Source of the DNA: a virus
Taxonomy: Duplodnaviria; Caudoviricetes
IMG/VR virus record: IMGVR_UViG_3300014775_000700
Location: 1-36,297 of that record
Length of the DNA: 36,297 nucleotides
Direction: 5' to 3' (one strand)
The translations under genes were made by a program, and so were the position numbers. The notes below the pieces were generated by a model. The model saw only the letters and a list, made by a program, of their open reading frames with translations. It had not been told where the DNA came from and did no database searches. Of this stretch, positions 28,775 to 36,297 are shown piece after piece (the first letter of the stretch is position 1; every line of letters begins with the position of its first letter).

Positions 28775-30819
28775 TGGCCGAATATGAAATACCGTTTACA
28801 GACGTAACCAACAAAGGTACTATCACAGTACCAGATGGATCTCCTAATGTTAGCGATACAAGTCTAGCTCTTATAGGTGATCAACAAGAGAGATATGGTA
28901 TAAATCTAAACACAAACTTTTTACATTTGTTAGAAAACTTTGCAGATGTGAATCCGCCAGGTAATCCGGTAGAAGGACAGTTGTGGTACGATACAACAAG
29001 TGGTGTTGATCAACTAAAAATATATGACGGAACAAACTGGGTTGCAGCAGGCGGCCTAAAAAAAGGATCAACACAACCAGAAACCACTAACAGTGTTACA
29101 GGTGATCTTTGGGTTGATACAACTAATAATCAACTGTATCTTTACAGTGGAAGTGCATGGTTGTTAGTAGGCCCTAGCTATAGCGATGGCATTAAGACAG
29201 GTGCAATACCAGAAACTATTATTGATACAAACAACGTAAGTAGACTAGTTATTATAAACTACAGTAACAATGTTCCTGTGAGTATTGTAAGTAGCACTAC
29301 TTTTACGCCTAAAAGCACTATAGTAGGATTTAGCACAGTAAGTGCAGGTATAACTTTAAGTTCTAATATAAGCGGAAACAAAGCAATATTAAACGGTGAA
29401 GCAAAGTATGCAGAACGTTTAACAGCAAATCCAACTGATACAACTCCTATTGCAGGTACAATACTTGCTAGTGCATTTATGCGTAATGATCAGACTAGCT
29501 TAACAAGTTTTCCAATACAAATCAGAAATGATGGCGGTTTAGAAGTTGGCGGAACTCGTACACTTAGTTTGTTAGTAGAAGGCACAACTGGTGTTATAGA
29601 TCATGCACAAACAGGTAGTAGTTTAGATTTGCGTGTAAACAATGCAGGCACAAGTAGTGTTGCAGTTAGAGTAAAAAGTGATACCACTGTTGGTATTAAC
29701 AATCTAAATCCTACTGAAAGTTTAGATGTTATAGGTAATGTTAAAGCAAGCGGTAACCTTGACTTAGGCGGTGAACTTGATGTTACACAAAATACAAATA
29801 TTGCAGGAAATCTAGTTGTAGGCGGTACTGGTACATACACTAATACTTTAAATGTACAAGACATTGTACCAACACTTGATAACGATTATGCTATTGGTAG
29901 TAACCCATCATCGGGCGGAAAAGCATTTTCGGATATATGGGCTTACAACTTTAGATTAGCACCAGGGGGTTTCTTACACGGAAACGTAACAGGAAATGTG
30001 TCTGGCAGTGCAGGTAGTGCAGCTAAAATAACAAGTCCTACAACATTTGCAATGAGTGGCGAAGTTAGTGCAACAAGTTTTATATTTGACGGTCAAACCG
30101 GTGGAAGTACAAAAACTTTTACAACAGTGATTGATCCTACATTTGTTAGTTCTAAACCTAGCATAACAACAACAACTCCTTCAACTGTGCAGACTACTGA
30201 TGAAGTATTGCTGAACAGGGGTGGTACACTTTATAAAGCTACACAAACTGAACTTATTAATAACATTCCAACTAACCCTGTTGGAACAGTTGTGATGTTC
30301 GCTGGTCCAGTTATTCCAAGCGGTTGGTTCTTATGCGATGGCAGTGAAATAAGTTTATCAACGTATAGCACACTTGCTACTGCATTAGGATACGATGCAA
30401 CAGATAACACAACTTGGTATTATGGTACTCCTAGTGATCCTAACACAGTGTTTGTTATTCCTGATTACAGAGGAAGAATGCCATTAGGTGTTGGATTACC
30501 GGGCGGAGCAACAAGGGTAACAGATAGTGCAGCAGGAACATTAGGTGGCTTAGGCGGTGCAGAAGAACAAACAATAAATGTTGATAACTTACCTGAACAC
30601 CAACACGACTTAAAAAGTAGTTCAGGAGACCAGTTTTATGCAACTGCTACTGCCTCTTATACAGGCACAGGTGTTACAACTGGTAACGGAGATACAGCAG
30701 GTACAGGTAGTGTATTTGAATACAGCGGAACCATATTAGGTGGTACTACAAATGATCCTTTAACTACAACTCCACCTTTTGCTGCTATTAACTTTATTAT
30801 ATATCACGGAGTACTTTAA
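28774..30819 (+). CDS. Tail fibre or baseplate fibre protein with C-terminal phage tail-collar domain
   Basis: Collar motif PVGTVVMFAG...PSGWFLCDGS...IPDYRGRMPLG, then NLPEHQH and PPFAAINFII. N-terminal module shared with the next two genes. Confidence 0.8.
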   Translation: MAEYEIPFTDVTNKGTITVPDGSPNVSDTSLALIGDQQERYGINLNTNFLHLLENFADVNPPGNPVEGQLWYDTTSGVDQLKIYDGTNWVAAGGLKKGSTQPETTNSVTGDLWVDTTNNQLYLYSGSAWLLVGPSYSDGIKTGAIPETIIDTNNVSRLVIINYSNNVPVSIVSSTTFTPKSTIVGFSTVSAGITLSSNISGNKAILNGEAKYAERLTANPTDTTPIAGTILASAFMRNDQTSLTSFPIQIRNDGGLEVGGTRTLSLLVEGTTGVIDHAQTGSSLDLRVNNAGTSSVAVRVKSDTTVGINNLNPTESLDVIGNVKASGNLDLGGELDVTQNTNIAGNLVVGGTGTYTNTLNVQDIVPTLDNDYAIGSNPSSGGKAFSDIWAYNFRLAPGGFLHGNVTGNVSGSAGSAAKITSPTTFAMSGEVSATSFIFDGQTGGSTKTFTTVIDPTFVSSKPSITTTTPSTVQTTDEVLLNRGGTLYKATQTELINNIPTNPVGTVVMFAGPVIPSGWFLCDGSEISLSTYSTLATALGYDATDNTTWYYGTPSDPNTVFVIPDYRGRMPLGVGLPGGATRVTDSAAGTLGGLGGAEEQTINVDNLPEHQHDLKSSSGDQFYATATASYTGTGVTTGNGDTAGTGSVFEYSGTILGGTTNDPLTTTPPFAAINFIIYHGVL

Positions 30820-32744
30820 TGAGCTATAGGTTAAACAAAACAGACGGATCACTATTAGTTGAACTTGTTGATGGTCGTATTGATGATACTTCCACTAACC
30901 TAGTGCTTGTAGGTAAAAACTACCAAGGGTTTGGCGAGTTTCTTAATGAAAACTTTATTAAGATTTTAGAAAACTTTAGTAATAGTGCAGCACCAAGTCA
31001 GCCAATAAGAGGACAACTTTGGTATGACACAGGCGAAGCAAGACTAAAAATATTTAATGGTGTACAGTTTGTAAGCACAGACAGTACAATATTTGCATCA
31101 ACTAGACCTACAACACTAGTTGACGGCGATATTTGGATTGATGGCACAAACAACCAAATGTATTTTTACGATGGGTTAGATTTAAGTTTAGTAGGTCCTG
31201 CCTACACTAAAACACAAGGTAAATCAGGATACGAAGTTTCTACAGTAAAAGATACAACAGGTCAAAACAAAACTATTGTTAAGTTTTATGTAGGAGCAAG
31301 TTTAATAGGTATACACAGTAAAGCAGCATTTACTCCGTTCCCAGCAATCAATGGATTTGATAGTTTAGATGTTGGTTTTAACTTAAATGCAGCTTACAGT
31401 GGTTACAAATGGATTGGTGAAGCATTAAGTGCAAGTACACTGTCAGACGGCGTTAACACATATGAACCACAAAGTGATTTTTTAACAGCAAGAGATGGTA
31501 TCGGTAATAACACTACTACTTCGGGCATTGTTATTAGCAACAATGCAGGTATACGTATTGGTACACAAACCGACTTTGATATTGCTATTGGTGCCTCTGC
31601 TACAACTTTAAGGACAAACGTTAATCATGCTGATCTAAGAATCAGAATGAAAAACACTTCTAATAGTGCCTATCTTGCAGACAACTATTTTTATGATATT
31701 ATGTATTTTGATGCTAGCACAGAACGAGTAGGTATCAAAAACAATGCACCGACTTACGATTTAGATGTAACAGGTGATGTACGTATAACAGGTGATTTGC
31801 GTGTAGAAGGCGATTCTACATATTTAGATATTCAAACTTTAAGAGTACAGGATAAAACTATTGAGCTAGGAGTTGCCGAAGATAGTACAATATTAGACAA
31901 TGCAGCATTAGACGGCGCAGGTATTGTCATTCCTAGTTTAGATGGAAGTAAAGATTGGATTTTTGACGATGCTACAAGCAGTTGGAGATCAAACCTAAAT
32001 ATTAACCTGTTAGAAAGAACAGGCGTTTACAAGATCGATAACGCTGATGTATTAAGTGTAGATACTTTAGGATCAAGTGTTATAAACAGTAACTTACAAA
32101 CACTAGGTACACTACAAGAACTTTCTATTGATAGTCTAAACTTAAATGATAGTACAATAACTGCAACAGCAGATTTAGTATTGAAAGTGAACAAGATTGT
32201 TCCTGTAGCAACGTTTCAAGGTCCTGGTACAGATACAGTTCTTGTTAATGGATTAACTACAGCAACAAGTGCAAAAGCAGTAGCGGAACTAGGTGGTACA
32301 GAAAATGACGATGATGTAGCAGCAAGTAAAGAATATGTAGATAAAGAAATCAAATGGATGAGTAGGGCGTTTAATCTAAATGTAAACGGCCTAGGATCTG
32401 GACCTACATTGCAAAGTAATGTTGGCACAATAATAGAAACAATATATCCTGCTGCTGATTATACCGTTGGTACAATCATTAATGTTATAGCAGAGGAAAT
32501 AACAGCAACAACACCTGCTGTTACACTATCTATACGAGATAGCACTGCACCTGATACAGGAGAAGTATTAGTTCAAACAAAAACACCTGTAGACAGTGCT
32601 GGTACTCAAAACGTTAGTGTTGTAAGTGATGTAGCAATAGCCAACGATATACCAAGTGGATCGGTGACACTGAGTGTTACAAGGACACTTATGACATACA
32701 AACAAAACGGTACATGGACCTATCAGTCAAGTACTGCCCTATAA
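30819..32744 (+). CDS. Tail fibre-like virion protein (paralogous N-terminal module)
   Basis: Motifs LVGKNYQGFGEFLNENFIKILENF...GQLWYD, RVGIKNNAPTYDLDVTG and AASKEYVD. Confidence 0.7.
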   Translation: MSYRLNKTDGSLLVELVDGRIDDTSTNLVLVGKNYQGFGEFLNENFIKILENFSNSAAPSQPIRGQLWYDTGEARLKIFNGVQFVSTDSTIFASTRPTTLVDGDIWIDGTNNQMYFYDGLDLSLVGPAYTKTQGKSGYEVSTVKDTTGQNKTIVKFYVGASLIGIHSKAAFTPFPAINGFDSLDVGFNLNAAYSGYKWIGEALSASTLSDGVNTYEPQSDFLTARDGIGNNTTTSGIVISNNAGIRIGTQTDFDIAIGASATTLRTNVNHADLRIRMKNTSNSAYLADNYFYDIMYFDASTERVGIKNNAPTYDLDVTGDVRITGDLRVEGDSTYLDIQTLRVQDKTIELGVAEDSTILDNAALDGAGIVIPSLDGSKDWIFDDATSSWRSNLNINLLERTGVYKIDNADVLSVDTLGSSVINSNLQTLGTLQELSIDSLNLNDSTITATADLVLKVNKIVPVATFQGPGTDTVLVNGLTTATSAKAVAELGGTENDDDVAASKEYVDKEIKWMSRAFNLNVNGLGSGPTLQSNVGTIIETIYPAADYTVGTIINVIAEEITATTPAVTLSIRDSTAPDTGEVLVQTKTPVDSAGTQNVSVVSDVAIANDIPSGSVTLSVTRTLMTYKQNGTWTYQSSTAL

Positions 32745-32745
32745 C

Positions 32746-32753
32746 GATAAATA
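32746..32753 (+). promoter_or_regulatory. Putative late promoter (GATAAATA)
   Basis: Intergenic, upstream of a GAGGAG RBS and the ATG at 32775. Confidence 0.65.
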
Positions 32754-32774
32754 GTAATAACACGAGGAGCAACA

Positions 32775-34280
32775 ATGGCATATGTTATTAACAGATTTAA
32801 TGGTCAACAACTTGTATCAGTAGAAGATGGTACAGTTGACCAAACCACTGATATTAAACTGGTAGGTAAAAACTATAGCGGATACGGTGAAGCACAAAAC
32901 GAAAACTTTATTCATATGTTGGAACACTTTGCAGGAACATCTGCACCAACAAAAGCATTAAGCGGACAAGTATGGTTTGACAGTGCAACAAATAAACTGA
33001 AGTTTTATACCGGTGACACATGGAAAAATGCAGGCGGTGCAGAAGTCAACTCTACTGAACCAGCAGGGTTAAATGAAGGTGATCTTTGGTATAGCACTAC
33101 AAGCAATCAGTTGTTTGCTAAAACTAATACAGGCGAGTTTATTTTAGTTGGTCCTCAAGCAGCAGGTGACGGCAGTACTCAAATGTTAAGTACAAGTGTA
33201 CTAGACGCTGGATCAGTAGAAAGAAATATCATTGTTGCTCTAATCAATGACAATCCTCAGTTTATTATCAGTACTGTTGAGTTTACATTAAACACAACAC
33301 AGCCAGCAGGTACAGTTAACCTAACAGGATTTAGCTTAATCAAAAAAGGCATAACCCTGTTGAACACAAGTACAAGTGGTATTACAACAGATGCAGGTGA
33401 CACAGGAGAACCTGTTATATGGGGTACTGCAAGTGATGCTCTTAGATTAGGCGGTGTTTTAGCAAGTGATTATCTAACAAGTTCTAGTGGTGCTTTTACT
33501 GATGTTGTGACGTTTGTTGATGCAGGCTTCCGTGTAGGTAATAGTAACGATTTACATGTAAAGATTGTAGACGGTAATGTAGGACAAATAACAAACGAAG
33601 TAGGCGATGAAATAAAACTAGGTACAAAACTTGCTAGTGCAGGCAGTGCTGATGTATTATTAAGATTACGTAATACAACAACAGACAAAGGATTGTTCCC
33701 TGCAAGCGATAATGTTTATGCTTTAGGTAGTAGTTCACTGAAGTTTTCAAATGTAGTTGCAACTACATTTACAGGTACAGCAACTCAAGCAACTGCACTT
33801 TACACAGGTAGCACTTATGTTCAAGGTAGAACCACTGCTACTGCAAATACAGTTGCAGTAAGAGATTCAAGCGGTAACATAACTGCAAATGAGTTTAATG
33901 GAACAGCTACAAAAGCACGTTATGCTGACCTTGCTGAAAAGTATACTACAGACAAAGAATATCCAGTAGGTACTGCTATGGCAGTATCAAATGCAAGTGC
34001 AAGTGCTGAAACAGCAAGTGCAAAAAGTTCTGATATTTGTATAGGTGTAATAAGTGAAAAACCTGCATACTTAATGAATGCTGAAATAGATGGTCAAGCT
34101 ATTGCACTTAAAGGTCGTGTACCTGTAAGAGTTAAAGAACCAGTTTCAAAAGGTCAAGCAATATACGCATGGGAAGATGGTGTTTGCACAACTACAGCAA
34201 CTCGTGCGTTAGTTGGTATTGCACTTGAAACAAATGAAAATGCTGAAGAAAAATTAGTTGAGTGTGTTTTAAAAGTATAA
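32775..34280 (+). CDS. Tail fibre-like protein with putative C-terminal intramolecular chaperone (peptidase G2-like) domain
   Basis: Shared N-terminal module LVGKNYSGYGEAQNENFIHMLEHF. C-terminal YADLAEKY...IGVISEKPAYLMN...ALKGRVPVRV. Confidence 0.7.
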   Translation: MAYVINRFNGQQLVSVEDGTVDQTTDIKLVGKNYSGYGEAQNENFIHMLEHFAGTSAPTKALSGQVWFDSATNKLKFYTGDTWKNAGGAEVNSTEPAGLNEGDLWYSTTSNQLFAKTNTGEFILVGPQAAGDGSTQMLSTSVLDAGSVERNIIVALINDNPQFIISTVEFTLNTTQPAGTVNLTGFSLIKKGITLLNTSTSGITTDAGDTGEPVIWGTASDALRLGGVLASDYLTSSSGAFTDVVTFVDAGFRVGNSNDLHVKIVDGNVGQITNEVGDEIKLGTKLASAGSADVLLRLRNTTTDKGLFPASDNVYALGSSSLKFSNVVATTFTGTATQATALYTGSTYVQGRTTATANTVAVRDSSGNITANEFNGTATKARYADLAEKYTTDKEYPVGTAMAVSNASASAETASAKSSDICIGVISEKPAYLMNAEIDGQAIALKGRVPVRVKEPVSKGQAIYAWEDGVCTTTATRALVGIALETNENAEEKLVECVLKV

Positions 34281-34303
34281 GTATGTAAAAGTAGGAAAAC
34301 ATA

Positions 34304-35197
34304 ATGGTAAACCAGATTATTTCAGCAGCAAGGTACAACAACTTACAGGGTAGAATAGCAGCAATATTAGGACCAGGATCAGGCGATAAAGGTTACAACC
34401 AGACTGTTGCTAGTAGTACTGTGCCTGTTAGTGAAACAGTTCAAGCATTGCATATGAATAATCTACATACTGATTTTGTAAATGCTCGTACACACCAAAC
34501 AGGTGCTATACCTGTAAGTATTTTTACAGTTTCGTCATCAGGTGAAATCACAGAAGCTTTACATGCTGCATACGAAGCATTAATAAATGATGTAGAAACT
34601 GATAGATTTTTAGTAGATGCTAGTCAAGCGGAACCTAGTAGTGCAGGTGTAAACAGCACACGTACTACAGATTGGGGTGGTCCGTCTTCTGCACCACAAG
34701 CAGTTACGCACGAGTTCAAAGCAACATGGCCTACTGCTAATGCACGTAGAGGATTTTTTAACGCAGGTGGAGAGATACGCTTTAGTGCAAACCTAAATCC
34801 AAGTATTTCTAGCGGCGATGATTATTTAAAAACAAAAAACTGGGCAGATATGCTTACAGCAATAGGTGTGGTCACATTTAACTATACCCAAACAAGTGTT
34901 AGTGGATCTGGTACCGGCAGTGCTATAGGTAACTTAGATTTAACAAGTACATATCAAACAATATACACAAAAACAGGAAGTGCTGTTTATACAGATAATG
35001 AATATACTATTCAGGCAAAAGAACTTAACACAAGAGAAATACAGTTTTTGATCACATTCCAAGACGATGCTAACGGCAGCGGAGGTGCTGATGAAACTGT
35101 TAAAGGAACACTTACAAGTACTATAGTACAATATAGAGCAGACGGACCTTATGTAGACACACCTGCTCCTGGTTATACATTAGTATCTGCATTATAA
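34304..35197 (+). CDS. Virion structural protein (297 aa), paralogue of the next gene
   Basis: AGGA RBS. Motifs ISAARYNNL, STRTTDWGG, FFNAGGEIRFSA and YTDNEYTI. Confidence 0.7.
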   Translation: MVNQIISAARYNNLQGRIAAILGPGSGDKGYNQTVASSTVPVSETVQALHMNNLHTDFVNARTHQTGAIPVSIFTVSSSGEITEALHAAYEALINDVETDRFLVDASQAEPSSAGVNSTRTTDWGGPSSAPQAVTHEFKATWPTANARRGFFNAGGEIRFSANLNPSISSGDDYLKTKNWADMLTAIGVVTFNYTQTSVSGSGTGSAIGNLDLTSTYQTIYTKTGSAVYTDNEYTIQAKELNTREIQFLITFQDDANGSGGADETVKGTLTSTIVQYRADGPYVDTPAPGYTLVSAL

Positions 35198-35198
35198 C

Positions 35199-35232
35199 TT
35201 GACAAAAACAAAAACTCTAGTTATAATAAATA
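35199..35232 (+). promoter_or_regulatory. Perfect sigma70 promoter overlapping a putative late promoter
   Basis: TTGACA (35199-35204), 17 bp spacer, TATAAT (35222-35227), overlapping AATAAATA (35225-35232). Confidence 0.75.
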
Positions 35233-35254
35233 CTAATATAAAAAAGGAATAAGT

Positions 35255-36297
35255 ATGGCTGCATTAGATCCTATTTCAGCTTTAGAATATAACAACATAA
35301 GACTAAGTATCGCTCAACAAGTTGGCGATTTTAGTGTTTGGACTAGCCATGGCATAACAACATCTACAACCACTAGTGGATATGGCAGAAGTTTTAGTAG
35401 TGGTCTTGTTGTAGGCGGAAACGATCCTGCTGTTAGTGATACTTGTACAGAAGAACAATATTTTGATTTATACTTAGATTTACAAGCAGCCCATGTACAT
35501 CAGTATGGCACATTAAATGGAGCATTAGACGAAACAGAGTTTCAAGGAAAGTTAAGTTTTCCAGATCCGGCTGTGTCGTCAAGAGACACTATTGCATTCC
35601 AACAAGTTACAGATTTAAATACTGTAGCATCCGCAGTCACTTCATTTAATCATGCAAGTACTGATTTTCCTAGTGCTAACTTTACAACTGACCTTTTAAG
35701 AACAAGCGGAGCAGTTTCTGTTTCTAGTACACGTTCTAGTAGTTGGGGTGGATCATCAGGACCTGCAAGTATCAATCACCAAGTTACAGTTGATTTTGGT
35801 ACACATAACTCCTTTCTATATTGGTTAGCAGCAGGCGGCGAAATACGTTTTGACGCAAGTTTATCAGGCGGTACTAGTGGTACTGCAAATACCAAGGACT
35901 GGGATTGGGCTCGTATCCTAGCAGCAATGGGTACAATACGTTTTGGAAGAGTAGCGCAAAGTACTTGGAGGTGTGAAGCTATTAGTCCAGGCACTGGTAC
36001 TGGTTATAGTAGTGCAAGTTTAAGCACTAGTAGCCCAGGTACATTAATATTTGAAAAACAAGGCGGCGGTGTTACAGGGGGTGCTACAGGACAAGTTCCA
36101 GTAACGCAAATCTATGACGACAACTACTATAGAATATTTGCTTGGACAAACACCACATTCAGTGCTGCTACACAGTTGATTTTTAATATCATATTCTTAG
36201 ACGGTGATACAGGTACAGGCGGCCAAGTAAGTCCAGATCCTGGCGAGTTTGGTACGCCGATTGACGAAGCGGTAACAGGTACTGTTGTAAGTAATGT
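35255..36297 (+). CDS. Virion structural protein, paralogue of 34304..35197; truncated at the window end
   Basis: Not in the ORF track. My translation gives MAALDPISALEYNNIR...STRSSSWGG...WLAAGGEIRFDASL...YDDNYYRI, open to the end. AAGGA RBS upstream. Confidence 0.85.
   Translation, partial: MAALDPISALEYNNIRLSIAQQVGDFSVWTSHGITTSTTTSGYGRSFSSGLVVGGNDPAVSDTCTEEQYFDLYLDLQAAHVHQYGTLNGALDETEFQGKLSFPDPAVSSRDTIAFQQVTDLNTVASAVTSFNHASTDFPSANFTTDLLRTSGAVSVSSTRSSSWGGSSGPASINHQVTVDFGTHNSFLYWLAAGGEIRFDASLSGGTSGTANTKDWDWARILAAMGTIRFGRVAQSTWRCEAISPGTGTGYSSASLSTSSPGTLIFEKQGGGVTGGATGQVPVTQIYDDNYYRIFAWTNTTFSAATQLIFNIIFLDGDTGTGGQVSPDPGEFGTPIDEAVTGTVVSN

Noticed and set aside
1706-35197. Possible stop-codon reassignment: of 15 complete genes, 14 end in TAA, one in TGA and none in TAG
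   Set aside because: Long ORFs, including the 14 kb one, are intact under the standard code with no in-frame TAG or TGA and genes abut tightly. TAA bias is expected in AT-rich DNA.
3736-35994. Many short minus-strand ORFs (60-139 aa) within the structural block
   Set aside because: They lie almost entirely antisense to long, motif-supported genes, have Ser/Leu/Phe-rich shadow composition and show no recognisable motifs.
28774-36297. Diversity-generating retroelement or invertible tail-fibre cassette
   Set aside because: I saw no reverse transcriptase, recombinase, near-identical template/variable repeat pair or inverted repeats; the paralogues are highly diverged at DNA level.
1-36297. Avoidance of other palindromes (GATC, GANTC, CCGG, GGCC, GCGC, TTAA); tRNA genes; intrinsic terminators
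   Set aside because: All these sites were readily found. Intergenic gaps are at most about 76 bp and I saw no cloverleaf or convincing GC hairpin with a U-tract.

Overview
This window is a ~36 kb piece of an AT-rich, large T4-like myovirus genome, with an architecture reminiscent of jumbo or RAK2/GAP32-type phages (inference). The left 3.6 kb on the minus strand carries a gp55-like late sigma factor and the gp47/gp46 (Mre11/Rad50-like) nuclease pair; gp46 is truncated at the window edge. A divergent plus-strand block (3683 to the end) encodes baseplate and tail genes: a tube-initiator-like protein, gp53-like wedge, hub, gp5-like spike without lysozyme, an orphan 540 aa protein, gp25, gp6, a giant 4657 aa multidomain virion protein, a small structural protein, three paralogous fibre proteins and two paralogous structural proteins (the last truncated). 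Main observations: (1) near-total avoidance of the tetranucleotide AATT, achieved through synonymous codon choice; (2) ATAAATA-type late promoters in intergenic gaps; (3) a perfect sigma70 promoter for gp55 abutting a divergent late promoter, and another overlapping a late promoter at 35.2 kb; (4) a glycine-zipper insertion in the hub plus a possibly related amphipathic orphan gene after the spike. All calls come from reading motifs by eye; no searches were run.
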